Assembly (NCBI GenBank): GCA_964649315.1
Contig: CAZYOU010000002.1
Coordinates: forward strand, 1,379 to 65,378
DNA: 64,000 nucleotides
Source: an uncultured Stakelama sp.
GTDB lineage: Bacteria > Pseudomonadota > Alphaproteobacteria > Sphingomonadales > Sphingomonadaceae
Direction: 5' to 3'
The first letter of the stretch is position 1, and every line of letters begins with the position of its first letter. The notes below the pieces were generated by a model that was not told the DNA's origin, did not search any database, and worked only from the letters and a program-made list of their open reading frames with translations. Both the position numbers and the translations under genes were made by a program. Of this stretch, positions 19,974-29,711 are shown in pieces.

Positions 19974-21104
19974 ATGTCGAGTGAGATTTTCAACGATTTG
20001 TTCGTGCTGGAATTAGCGAACAATCACTGGGGTAAAATCGAACGCGGATTGAAGATTATTCACGACTTCGCAGAAGTTGTGAAAGCCAACAATGTGCGCG
20101 CGGCGATCAAGCTGCAGTTTCGCGACGTCGATAACTTCATCCATCAGGATTTCCGCGGCCGCGAGGACGTTCGGTATATCAAAAAGACGATCGATACGCA
20201 TTTGCCGTGGGACAGCCTGCGTCAGCTGGTGGAAGCGGTGCGCGATGCCGGCATGGTGACCATGGTCACGCCGTTCGACGAAGTGTCGGTCGACAAATGC
20301 GTCGAGTTCGGCGTGGACGTGCTGAAGATCGCCAGCTCGGATATCCGTGACAAGACTCTGTTGCGGAAGATGGCGGCATCGGGTCTGCCTGTGGTCGCGT
20401 CATCGGGCGGTGCCGATGCTGAGCATATTGACGCCCTCGTCAACTACTTCACGTCGCGCAACATCCCGTTCGCGCTCAACCATTGCGTGTCGCTCTATCC
20501 GTCGGAAGACAGCGAGCTGGAGCTGAACCAGATCGATTATCTGCGTCATCGCTACCCCGATATCGTGATCGGCCTGTCGACGCATGAACATCGCGATTGG
20601 CATGACTCGATTCTGATTGCCTATGGCAAGGGTGCGCGCACGTTCGAACGCCATATCGATATCGATTATGAAGGTGTGCCCGTCAGCGCCTATTGCACCA
20701 AGCCCGAACAGGCCGATGTGTGGTTCAAGGCGTTCAACAAGGCCAAGGAAATGTGCGGGGGCCCCGCCACCTTCCGTCGTGAGGTGCCCGAAAAGGAGCG
20801 CCGTTACCTCGATGCGTTGGTGCGCGGTACCTATGCCAAGCATGATCTGCCAGCCGGCCATGTGCTGACTGACGCTGATGTCTATCACATGGTCCCGTTG
20901 CTGAAGGGGCAGATCTCCACCCGCGAATTCGAAGGCGGTGAAAAGCTGACCCAGCCCGTCGCAGCGGGAACCGCCATCCAGCTCGCAGCGCTCGATGCGC
21001 CCTATGCCAAGGATGCTGCCCTTGCCGAACTGATTGCCGATCGCGGCATGGACGCGCCGGTTGAAGAGGCCACACAGACAATGAAGCGGGTCGCCGTTTC
21101 CTAA
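19974..21104 (+). CDS. NeuB-like PEP-dependent ulosonate synthase with SAF domain (divergent)
   Basis: LELANNHWG, KLQFR, KIASSD, HCVSLYP, GLSTHE, ERH; C-terminal AFP/SAF-like domain. Confidence 0.85.
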   Translation: MSSEIFNDLFVLELANNHWGKIERGLKIIHDFAEVVKANNVRAAIKLQFRDVDNFIHQDFRGREDVRYIKKTIDTHLPWDSLRQLVEAVRDAGMVTMVTPFDEVSVDKCVEFGVDVLKIASSDIRDKTLLRKMAASGLPVVASSGGADAEHIDALVNYFTSRNIPFALNHCVSLYPSEDSELELNQIDYLRHRYPDIVIGLSTHEHRDWHDSILIAYGKGARTFERHIDIDYEGVPVSAYCTKPEQADVWFKAFNKAKEMCGGPATFRREVPEKERRYLDALVRGTYAKHDLPAGHVLTDADVYHMVPLLKGQISTREFEGGEKLTQPVAAGTAIQLAALDAPYAKDAALAELIADRGMDAPVEEATQTMKRVAVS

Positions 21105-21238
21105 AGGCAGCTGTCCGTTTTATTCAGGCCTATCGATTTCCGGGTTGACCGCTTTCCCCTGGTGGTCGCCCGGTTTCGATTCTGGCGCTTTGTCGAATGA
21201 GGCGTTATCCAGCGTCAGGGCCGTTTCAGGAGCATCAA

Positions 21239-23092
21239 TTGAGCAAAATCCGTTTGTCCGATTACGTCGCCCAGATCCTTGTCGATCACGGCGTGCGTCA
21301 TGTCTTCATGCTGACGGGCGGCGGTGCGATGCACCTGAACGATGCGCTCGGCCGGTCCGAAGGCCTGCGTTATGTCTGCTGCCATCACGAGCAGGCGCTC
21401 GCCATGGCTGCCGAAAGCTATACGCGCCTGTCGGGGCGCATTGCCGCGGTGAACGTGACGACCGGGCCTGGGGGCATCAATGCGCTGAACGGTGTCCACG
21501 GTGCCTATACCGATTCAATCGCGATGATCGTGCTGTCAGGCCAGGTGAAGCGCGAAACGCTTGCGAGCAATGCGCCCGTGCGGCTGCGTCAGTTGGGCGA
21601 TCAGGAAGCCGATACGATCGCAATCGTGAAGCCGATCACCAAATTCGCTGCGATGGTCACCGATCCGCAGGATATTCGGTACCTTATGGAAAAGGCGCTT
21701 TGGCTGGCAACGACTGGTCGGCCGGGCCCGGTATGGATTGATATTCCGATCGATATTCAGGCCATGCCAATTGATCCGACGACGCTGCGCGGCTTCGATC
21801 CTCGGATCGAGGGCTATGGCCGTGATTTTGCGCTGCCGGCCGAATATGGCTGGCTAACGGGCGAGCCCCTGCGTGATGCCGCGCGCAGCGTTGTCGCCGC
21901 ACTTCGCCAAGCCGAGCGCCCTGTGCTGCTGCCCGGAACCGGCGTGCGGATCAGCGGATCGCACGATGTGTTTCTGAAGATCGTCGAAAAGCTCGGCATT
22001 CCCGTCGCGCCGGGCTGGAATGCGCAGGACGTGGTCGACGACAGCAACCCCTGCTATGTTGGCCGACCCGGCACCGTTGGCGATCGTGCCGGTAACTTTA
22101 CCGTCCAAAATGCTGACTTGCTGCTCGTGTTCGGGTGCCGCCTGAACATTCGCCAGATCAGCTATAATTTCGCGGCTTTCGCGCGTGCTGCCAAAAAGAT
22201 CATGGTCGATATCGACGCGGCCGAAATCGCCAAACCAACGCTATCGATCGACATGCCGATCCATGCCGATCTGAAGACCTTTTTGCCGATCCTGCTCGAA
22301 GAGCTGGAAAGCTATGAAGCGCCGGCTGCCCATAAAACCTATCTCGATTGGGCGATGGAGCGGCGCCACCGCTACAACCCCGTGCTGCCCGAATATTGGG
22401 AGACCAAGGGCATCATCAACCCCTATTGCTTCACCGAAGTGTTGTTCGATCAGTTGCGCGAGAACGAAGTGATCGTGATGGCCGATGCGACCGCGGCAGT
22501 GGTGACGGTGCAGGCCGCGAAGCTGAAGCCTGGTCAGCGCATCTTTTCGAACTCAGGCGCGGCATCGATGGGCTATGATCTGCCGGCCACGATCGGCGCA
22601 TGGCACGCAATGCCTGAAGGCGCAGACCGGATCATCTGCATGGCCGGTGACGGATCGATCATGCAGAACCTTCAGGAATTGCAGACCATTATCGGGCAGA
22701 ATATCCCGGCAAAGGTCTTTCTCTACAATAACTCCGGCTACCACTCGATCCGCCAGGCACAGCAGGCGTATCTGAACGGTTTCTCTGTCGGATGCGGGCC
22801 TGATTCTGGTGTTACCTTCCCCGAATTCAGCAAGATCGTTCAGGCATTCGGTTTTGCCTATGTATCGACGACCGATCATGCCGATATGGACGAGGCTATC
22901 CGCAAGACGCTTGCCACCCCCGGGCCGGCGGTGTGCGAGGTATTCATCGACAAGAGCCAGAACTTTGCCCCTAAGGTATCGTCGCGGCGGCTTGAAGACG
23001 GGTCGATGGTCACCGCGCCGATGGAGGATCTTGCGCCGTTCCTTTCGCGCGAGGAACTGCAGAGCAACATGCTGATCCCGTTGATCAATTAG
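21239..23092 (+). CDS. Thiamine-diphosphate-dependent enzyme (acetolactate synthase/YerE-like carboligase)
   Basis: Catalytic Glu in CHHEQA, TTGPG, and the GDGS...YNNSGY ThDP motif; TTG 21239 after RBS CAGGAG. Confidence 0.88.
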   Translation: MSKIRLSDYVAQILVDHGVRHVFMLTGGGAMHLNDALGRSEGLRYVCCHHEQALAMAAESYTRLSGRIAAVNVTTGPGGINALNGVHGAYTDSIAMIVLSGQVKRETLASNAPVRLRQLGDQEADTIAIVKPITKFAAMVTDPQDIRYLMEKALWLATTGRPGPVWIDIPIDIQAMPIDPTTLRGFDPRIEGYGRDFALPAEYGWLTGEPLRDAARSVVAALRQAERPVLLPGTGVRISGSHDVFLKIVEKLGIPVAPGWNAQDVVDDSNPCYVGRPGTVGDRAGNFTVQNADLLLVFGCRLNIRQISYNFAAFARAAKKIMVDIDAAEIAKPTLSIDMPIHADLKTFLPILLEELESYEAPAAHKTYLDWAMERRHRYNPVLPEYWETKGIINPYCFTEVLFDQLRENEVIVMADATAAVVTVQAAKLKPGQRIFSNSGAASMGYDLPATIGAWHAMPEGADRIICMAGDGSIMQNLQELQTIIGQNIPAKVFLYNNSGYHSIRQAQQAYLNGFSVGCGPDSGVTFPEFSKIVQAFGFAYVSTTDHADMDEAIRKTLATPGPAVCEVFIDKSQNFAPKVSSRRLEDGSMVTAPMEDLAPFLSREELQSNMLIPLIN

Positions 23093-23100
23093 GCCAAAAA

Positions 23101-23784
23101 ATGGCGACTGGTGCGCTGCTGTTCGATCTCGACGGAACGCTGGTCGACAGCGCTGCCGATATTGCGCGCGCGCTATCGATCGTAAGCATCGAACGCGGAG
23201 GGCAGGCGATTATGCCTGCCACCGTCCGTCCGCTGGTCAGCCTCGGCGCCATAACTCTTGTCAGGCAGGCGCTTGGGCCCGTGGCGGGCGTCGACTCCGA
23301 TGATCTGGCTGCATTTCGCGAAGTTCTGGCATCGATGCCCCCAGACCCGACGATCGTATTTGATGGCGTAGTCGATGCGCTGGAGGTTCTGACTGCGGCT
23401 GGATTTGCGATGGCGATCGTCACCAACAAGCCCGAATCGCTCAGCCGACAGCTGCTGAGTGCGTTGGCGCTCGATGGCTATTTCAGCGCCATTATCGGCG
23501 GGGACAGCGCGGTTGCGTCCAAGCCCGACCGCGCACCGCTCGATCTGGCATTGAAGCAGCTTGGCTTGTCGACCCGCGGAGCGTTGATGCTAGGCGATAG
23601 TGCGGTCGATGCCCAGGCAGCGCAAGCCTGCGGAGTACCGTTCATTCTGTACACCAAAGGTTATGACGCAGCAGGTTGCTGCAACTGGCCAGTGGCCGCG
23701 CGTTTTGCCGATTATGGACGACTGCCGTGCGTGATCAATGCGATGGTCGTTGATGCAGCTTTCCCGGGTCTGCTGGGGAGTTAA
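23101..23784 (+). CDS. HAD-superfamily phosphatase
   Basis: FDLDGTLVDS, VTNK, KP, LGDSAVD. Confidence 0.88.
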   Translation: MATGALLFDLDGTLVDSAADIARALSIVSIERGGQAIMPATVRPLVSLGAITLVRQALGPVAGVDSDDLAAFREVLASMPPDPTIVFDGVVDALEVLTAAGFAMAIVTNKPESLSRQLLSALALDGYFSAIIGGDSAVASKPDRAPLDLALKQLGLSTRGALMLGDSAVDAQAAQACGVPFILYTKGYDAAGCCNWPVAARFADYGRLPCVINAMVVDAAFPGLLGS

Positions 23785-23895
23785 AATGGTTGCAATGCCC
23801 CATCATGATCTCGTAGGCACCCGAAACTGTGGGTCGGGCGGTGAGGTCGCGGTAATAGCCATGACGGCCGAGCTTTTCAAAAAGACAGGGTTCCG

Positions 23896-25860
23896 ATGAT
23901 TTTAGCGCGGCTCTTCCATCCAATGCGCGTCAGCCGGTTGTTGTCGGGCATGGTCTCCTGTGCAGTTTTTGTGGTCGCGGCGGCTTCTATTCCTTCAGTC
24001 GCCAGCGCTCAGTCGATCGATCCCAACCGAGGAGGTGGCAATCTGCCAAATGGCTCGCCACTGAACGGTAGTTATGACAGTCAGGAGCGCGATACGACGG
24101 TAACTACCGCGCCGGAGCCGCCACCTCAATCGCAACAGATCGAAGCCGTAGACATCTCAGGCCGACGGAATCGTAACAACAATGACGATGATAATGAGGT
24201 GCGTCAGGATCGACGCGATCTTCCGCCGGTCGTCGATCCACGCCTGAAGCCAACGCCTCCGAGCGAATTCGAGAAGTATGTGGAAGGCAGGCTCGGCCGA
24301 CGGCTGCCGCGTTTCGGAGCAAATTTGCTCCTACCAGAAATTCGTGACTATGCGGTGCCGGCGACGGCGACGGTACCACCTGGCTACATCCTCAATATCG
24401 GCGATGTCCTAACGATTGCACTTACGGGATCAATCGACGGCACTTTCACCGTTCAGGTTGATACCGATGGCCGAATTTTTCTTCCCAAGATCGGTTCGGT
24501 CTCCGTTGTCGGGGTTCGCTACGCTGATTTGAAAAGCTTGGTTTCGCGCGCCATCGGCACCCAGTATCGCGGCTACACTGTCACTGTCGCAGTCAAGCAG
24601 CTGCGCGGGTTGCGCGTATACGTCACCGGCTTCGCCAACAATCCGGGCGCCTATACTGTTAACAGCCTGTCGTCCTTGCTCAACGCGACGCTCGCCGCAG
24701 GTGGACCTTCATCAGGCGGAAGTTTGCGCTCCGTAAAGCTTTATCGCAACGGCAGTGAGATTGCCGATTTCGACTTGTATGACCTTTTGATCCGAGGCGA
24801 TCGAAGCGGCGACGCGATCCTCCAGAATGAAGACGTGTTGTTCATCCCGCCGCTCGGGAAGCAGGTTGCGGTGGTCGGTGGCGTCAACACCGAAGGCGTG
24901 TACGAAACGAAAGAGGGCGAAACGATCGAGTCCGTTCTCGCTTATGCGGGTGGACCGAATGTTCTCGCCGATGTCTCTCGTGTCATGCTTTACCGGGCAG
25001 GTGACCCCGACAAGACAAGCGGGCAGGAAGTGCTGCTTGCGGAGCAGGGCAAGCTGCCCGTCGCGGGCGGTGACATTATCCAGATGTTCACCACAGGATC
25101 ACTCGTGCGTCCAATCGATCGACAGACGGTCGTGGTCCGGATCGAGGGCGAAGTACGACGGCCTGGCAATTACGTCGTGCCGCCGAACACAGATTTGGCG
25201 CGCGTTGTTGAACTTGCCGGCGGATACACCCCCCAAGCCTATATCTTCGGGACGAAGGTCGAGCGCGTTTCTATCCGGGCGCAGCAGCGCGAGAGTTTTC
25301 TCGAGGCCATCAAGCAGCTCGAGATCAGCCTGGCGTCGACCCCGCTGACCAGCGCGCGTGTGGACACGACCAATAGGGACGTCGAACTCAACTCGGCTCG
25401 CGCTGTGCTTGATCGCTTGCGGCAAGCCGAACCCGATGGACGGTTGGTGCTCGATCTTGATGTCAACGCCACGCAATTACCGGGTGGGTTGACCATGGAA
25501 AGCAATGACCGGATCATCATCCCAGCGCGGCCGGTAACGGTGGGGGTATTCGGGGCGGTCTATCGTCCTGCAACGTTTATCATCAACCCGGCAAAGCGCA
25601 CTCGCATCCGTGACTATATCGACCGTGCCGGTGGTGGTTTGCGATCAGCAGATCGCGGGAGTATTTTCGTCGTTCGCGCCAGTGGCGATGTGATCTCGAA
25701 ACGGCGCGGCGCGTTAAACGCAGCTGCTCTTCCGGGCGATGTAGTCTTTGTGCCCGTCAAGACTCAGTCGACATCACTTCTCGCCAAGATTCGTGATATC
25801 AGCCAGGTGATCTTCCAGCTCGGCATCGGCGCAGCAGCGTTCGTGGCGGTGGCTAGGTGA
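23896..25860 (+). CDS. Polysaccharide export protein with multiple SLBB domains (KpsD/Wza-like)
   Basis: Signal peptide, Y.L..GD.L.I Poly_export motif, repeated V.V.G.V..PG.Y SLBB units. Confidence 0.85.
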   Translation: MILARLFHPMRVSRLLSGMVSCAVFVVAAASIPSVASAQSIDPNRGGGNLPNGSPLNGSYDSQERDTTVTTAPEPPPQSQQIEAVDISGRRNRNNNDDDNEVRQDRRDLPPVVDPRLKPTPPSEFEKYVEGRLGRRLPRFGANLLLPEIRDYAVPATATVPPGYILNIGDVLTIALTGSIDGTFTVQVDTDGRIFLPKIGSVSVVGVRYADLKSLVSRAIGTQYRGYTVTVAVKQLRGLRVYVTGFANNPGAYTVNSLSSLLNATLAAGGPSSGGSLRSVKLYRNGSEIADFDLYDLLIRGDRSGDAILQNEDVLFIPPLGKQVAVVGGVNTEGVYETKEGETIESVLAYAGGPNVLADVSRVMLYRAGDPDKTSGQEVLLAEQGKLPVAGGDIIQMFTTGSLVRPIDRQTVVVRIEGEVRRPGNYVVPPNTDLARVVELAGGYTPQAYIFGTKVERVSIRAQQRESFLEAIKQLEISLASTPLTSARVDTTNRDVELNSARAVLDRLRQAEPDGRLVLDLDVNATQLPGGLTMESNDRIIIPARPVTVGVFGAVYRPATFIINPAKRTRIRDYIDRAGGGLRSADRGSIFVVRASGDVISKRRGALNAAALPGDVVFVPVKTQSTSLLAKIRDISQVIFQLGIGAAAFVAVAR

Positions 25861-26957
25861 CGCCGCCACGCAGTATAATGACAACAATTGTTCACAGCCA
25901 ATGGTTGCGGGATGATCGACGCCGGCGCGGGATCATCGCGCTGCTGCTTGGCGTATTTGCGCTGCTCAGCTTTTATCCCGAACGCTATCGAGCTGCGGTC
26001 GCGCTGACTCCAACGGATCCGGCGAGCTTGGGTCTCAGCAGCGCGTTGGGGCAATTTGGCGCCGTCAACAGCATTTTCGGCAATCAGACCGCGGTCGAAG
26101 TTGCCTTGCGTGTGGCGCGCAGCATCTATGTCCGCGATGCTGTCATCGACAAGGTGAACCTGATCAAGCGGAACGGGTTTCTCAGCCGCGTTGCAGCCAA
26201 TAGGTGGTTGGAGCGTAATGTCGACATTCGCATCCAGCGCGGTGGCATCATCGAGATATCTACCCGCAACTCTGACCCTGAACTTGCGAAACTGATTATT
26301 GAGAGCTTCACAAACGCGACGCGCCGTCGCCTTGCGGAGATCGGTAAGGAGCAGACGCAATATAAGCGTACGGTCCTGACCGAGTTGGTCGAAGAGACCG
26401 ATAAACGGCTGGCCAGGGCGCAAGAAAATTATGATCGTTTTCGGCGGCGTACGCGCTATGCCCAGCCGACAAGCGCGATCAGTGCGATCGGTGAGCGGAT
26501 ACCGCAGCTGCAGCAGCTGGTGAAAGCAAAAGAGGTCGCTCTTTATGCGGCTCGGCAATTCTATACCGATGATAGCCTGCAGATCCGTCAAATCCTCGCG
26601 GAGCTCAAGGCGCTAAGAAGCCAGCTCGCAGAGGCGCAAACGGTTCGCCCCGGTGAAAAATACTCGGTCGGTATGGTGATTGAGGAGTCAACTGAAGCGC
26701 GGGATCTGGAGCGCAAATTGTTCATCGCTCGTGCGCTGTACGACAATTACACGCGTTTCTTGGAGGGGACGTCGGTTGAAGACCTTACCCAGACCGCTGT
26801 TTTGCGCGTGCTTGAACCGCCCTTTGTCGACTCGACCCGCCAGATAAATCTGATTCCCGCGCTGCTCGGGATTTTGGTTTTGCTCGGCGGGCTGGCGGTT
26901 GAATTCTATTTGGCTCGTCCGCCTGTCGGGAATCGACAGGGTCCGCTTGAAGTTTAA
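25857..26957 (+). CDS. Polysaccharide co-polymerase (KpsE/Wzz-like)
   Basis: N- and C-terminal TM helices around a periplasmic coiled coil; no kinase domain; GTGA overlap. Confidence 0.75.
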   Translation: MTPPRSIMTTIVHSQWLRDDRRRRGIIALLLGVFALLSFYPERYRAAVALTPTDPASLGLSSALGQFGAVNSIFGNQTAVEVALRVARSIYVRDAVIDKVNLIKRNGFLSRVAANRWLERNVDIRIQRGGIIEISTRNSDPELAKLIIESFTNATRRRLAEIGKEQTQYKRTVLTELVEETDKRLARAQENYDRFRRRTRYAQPTSAISAIGERIPQLQQLVKAKEVALYAARQFYTDDSLQIRQILAELKALRSQLAEAQTVRPGEKYSVGMVIEESTEARDLERKLFIARALYDNYTRFLEGTSVEDLTQTAVLRVLEPPFVDSTRQINLIPALLGILVLLGGLAVEFYLARPPVGNRQGPLEV

Positions 26958-26961
26958 TGCG

Positions 26962-27897
26962 ATGACGCCACCGGAAATCTCCGTCGTTATCCCTTGCTAT
27001 AACGAGCGTGAAAACGCGGCCAACATCGCGCAGGCCGTGATCGATCAGCTTGAGCCGATCTGTCAGTCGTTCGACATCCTGTTCATCGATAATGCGTCGA
27101 CCGACAACACCGTCGCGATCATCAAGGAGCTTTGTGCCAAGGATGATCGCATTCGCCTGATCGCCAATACGCGCAATTTCGGCCAGATGCGGTCGCCGAC
27201 GCATATGGTGTATACGGCACGGGGGGACGCTGTCATCGGCATCTGCGCCGATTTTCAGGACCCACCCGAGATGATCCCTGCCTTTGTCGAGCGCTGGCGT
27301 GCGGGTGCCGATATCGTCCTTGGTGTCCGCAAGTCTGAGGTAGCAGGTTTCGTGACGACGGTATTCCGGCGCGTTTCCTACTGGTTTGCACAGCGCTTCG
27401 GGGATTATCCGCTGGTGCCGAACGCGACGGGTTTTGGCTTGTACGACCAGAAGGTCGTCCGGCAGATCGCTGCAATGAACGAGCCCGAGCCGTTTTTTCG
27501 CGGGATGCTGGTGGAGACCGGCTATCGCATCGAAACACTGGTATATGAACGTCCGGTGCGTGCGCGGGGCATCTCATCAAACACTTTCTTCGTATTGCTC
27601 GATTTTGCGCTGTCGAGTCTGGCAAGCTTTTCGAAAAAGATCATCCGCGTACCGTTCTTCATTGGCGTTGGCGTTTGCGGGTTGGCAGGATTGGCGATGC
27701 TTGGTGCCCTGATCGCGCTGCTGACGGGCGCTGCGGTGTTGCCATGGCTCATTGCGGCCGGCGTCGAACTTCAATTTGGCATATTGTTCATTTTTCTGGG
27801 AATTATGGGTGATCAGGTCCGCTTGATATCCGAGCGGACACGCGGCACGCCGCTCGTATTCGAACGCGAGCGGGTTAACTTCCCTGAGGATTATTGA
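26962..27897 (+). CDS. GT2 polyprenol-phosphate glycosyltransferase (GtrB-like)
   Basis: VIPCYNE, DNASTD, RNFG, DFQDPPE, two C-terminal TM helices. Confidence 0.85.
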   Translation: MTPPEISVVIPCYNERENAANIAQAVIDQLEPICQSFDILFIDNASTDNTVAIIKELCAKDDRIRLIANTRNFGQMRSPTHMVYTARGDAVIGICADFQDPPEMIPAFVERWRAGADIVLGVRKSEVAGFVTTVFRRVSYWFAQRFGDYPLVPNATGFGLYDQKVVRQIAAMNEPEPFFRGMLVETGYRIETLVYERPVRARGISSNTFFVLLDFALSSLASFSKKIIRVPFFIGVGVCGLAGLAMLGALIALLTGAAVLPWLIAAGVELQFGILFIFLGIMGDQVRLISERTRGTPLVFERERVNFPEDY

Positions 27898-28289
27898 GTG
27901 TGGCGGCGATTGCGCACATTAATCGTTTGGCAGACATCATTCGATTCTATCAGGCCGCAGCACTGAACGCAGCGTTTGGCTTCGGCCTGTACTCGGTATT
28001 TGTCTATGCCGGGATGAATCTGTTTGTGGCGCAGATTGTGGCGCACTGTATTGGGGTGGCATTTAACTACGTCACCTATAGTCAATATGCGTTTCGTGGG
28101 TCTGCGCCAGCAAAGCTCCGTTTTCTCGGTGCCTATGCCATCAACTATGTTGTCGGGCTGCTCGCCTTGTTGCTCACGAGCAGCTTCATCGCGTCGCCGT
28201 ATCTGGCGATGGCGGTTGCGATTGTCATTGCCACCGTTATCAACTTTGTCGCGCTGAAATACGGCGTTTTTACAAAGCCAGCGCCATGA
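27894..28289 (+). CDS. GtrA-family flippase
   Basis: 131 aa with 4 TM helices and an RF...FNY..Y..YAF pattern; TTGA overlap with GT2. Confidence 0.85.
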   Translation: MSVAAIAHINRLADIIRFYQAAALNAAFGFGLYSVFVYAGMNLFVAQIVAHCIGVAFNYVTYSQYAFRGSAPAKLRFLGAYAINYVVGLLALLLTSSFIASPYLAMAVAIVIATVINFVALKYGVFTKPAP

Positions 28290-29665
28290 GGTTGCAGGCG
28301 GGCATCACATCGAGCCAGCGCTGGATTGAACGCATTCTGGCGCTCCTGGTCTTCTCGGGTATTGCCTATGCCATGGGTTTCCTCTGGTGGAATGCCTATC
28401 TTCCGGCGCCATTTTTTTACCAGCCGTCCGACACATATATGGACTGGTTTAACGTCGCGGAATGGGCGCATGACCCCGGAGCCTATGACAGCTGGGGTTC
28501 CGTCTATCTTCCGCTCAACTTTCTGGTCGCCAAGCTGTTCAGTCTTAGCGCCTGTTATATTCCTGGCAGCCCGGCTGGAAATGCCATTTACGCACGCTCC
28601 TGCGACTGGCTAAGCCTCTTCACCATTCACGCCGCTTTCATATTATGCGCCGTGATAGCATCTCTAAGCTTTGTGAAACATGATAGACCGACCGCCTTTT
28701 ACCGCGCATTCGCGCTAAGCGCTGGTTTGCCGATGACTGTCGCTCTTGAACGCGGCAATCTGATCATCCTTGCTTTTCTCGCCTTCATGCTGGGTTATGG
28801 CCCGCTGCTGCGGGCAGCGCGATGGCGCTGGGTTGCGTTGGGATTGGCGGTCAACTTCAAGATTTATCTCGTCGCGTCGGTGTTCGGGCATTTGCTGCGT
28901 CGTCGGTGGCGCGCATTTGAGGGGGCGTTGCTCGCGGTCGTCATCGTCTATCTGCTGACGTACGTCGGCCTCGGTATCGGGTCGCTGACGGAAATCTCTC
29001 GCAATATCGCCGTCTTCACGCAGGTGATCGAATCTCAAGGCTTTGCAGACGTTTTCTATTCGGCGTCTTATAACCCCCATATCACCGTCCTCACCAATGT
29101 GCGGGCCCCGGTTGACGCAATTCTGGGCCGGGATTTGACCGAACCTCTGCTGTACTGGGTCTATTTCTCCACAAAGATCACCCAGGCCATTATTGCGGCT
29201 GCTGCCATCGCCATCTGGCTAAGGCCTGAGGTGGTTTCGAATGTTCGTGCAACAAATCTCGCCCTCTGCTTCGCGTTCCTGAGCGCCGAATCTTACGGGT
29301 ACAGTTATATATTTGTGATTTTCCTGACCTTCTTCGAAAAATGGCAGGGAACAGGAAGGATTGTCGCGATTGTCGCAGCCTATGCGCTGTGCTTTCACTT
29401 CGAATATCCGTTGGCCAATGTCATTTCGCTCCCCGACGATTCCTATCTTGGCGGCCGACGGGTGGAAGTTCCGCTGAACATCGCGCTCGGCGCTTTCGTT
29501 CGACCAGGGGTGTTTTATCTGATCCCATTCGCACTGTCTTGCGCAACGATCGCGGCTGTGTGGAAGGATATCCAGGCGCAGGGATGGAAGTCGCGGTGGC
29601 GCTATCGCCATGATCTGCCGATTATGGTTGGTCCCGGAGCAGCTTTACCCCCGGGTGGGTCATAA
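28286..29665 (+). CDS. GT-C membrane glycosyltransferase (GT87/DUF2029-like, GtrC role)
   Basis: Polytopic; DW.N...YLP, ERGN and KIY motifs typical of GT87; ATGA overlap with GtrA. Confidence 0.65.
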   Translation: MRLQAGITSSQRWIERILALLVFSGIAYAMGFLWWNAYLPAPFFYQPSDTYMDWFNVAEWAHDPGAYDSWGSVYLPLNFLVAKLFSLSACYIPGSPAGNAIYARSCDWLSLFTIHAAFILCAVIASLSFVKHDRPTAFYRAFALSAGLPMTVALERGNLIILAFLAFMLGYGPLLRAARWRWVALGLAVNFKIYLVASVFGHLLRRRWRAFEGALLAVVIVYLLTYVGLGIGSLTEISRNIAVFTQVIESQGFADVFYSASYNPHITVLTNVRAPVDAILGRDLTEPLLYWVYFSTKITQAIIAAAAIAIWLRPEVVSNVRATNLALCFAFLSAESYGYSYIFVIFLTFFEKWQGTGRIVAIVAAYALCFHFEYPLANVISLPDDSYLGGRRVEVPLNIALGAFVRPGVFYLIPFALSCATIAAVWKDIQAQGWKSRWRYRHDLPIMVGPGAALPPGGS

Positions 29666-29711
29666 GAAGATTGAACGTGATGATCGCGGTGAAACGAACC
29701 TACAAGCGCGA

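Noticed and set aside
19974-21104. Calling this neuB, pseI or legI of a sialic/pseudaminic/legionaminic acid pathway
   Set aside because: The accompanying epimerase, aminotransferase, acetyltransferase and NeuA-type synthetase genes are absent, and the active-site motifs are divergent.
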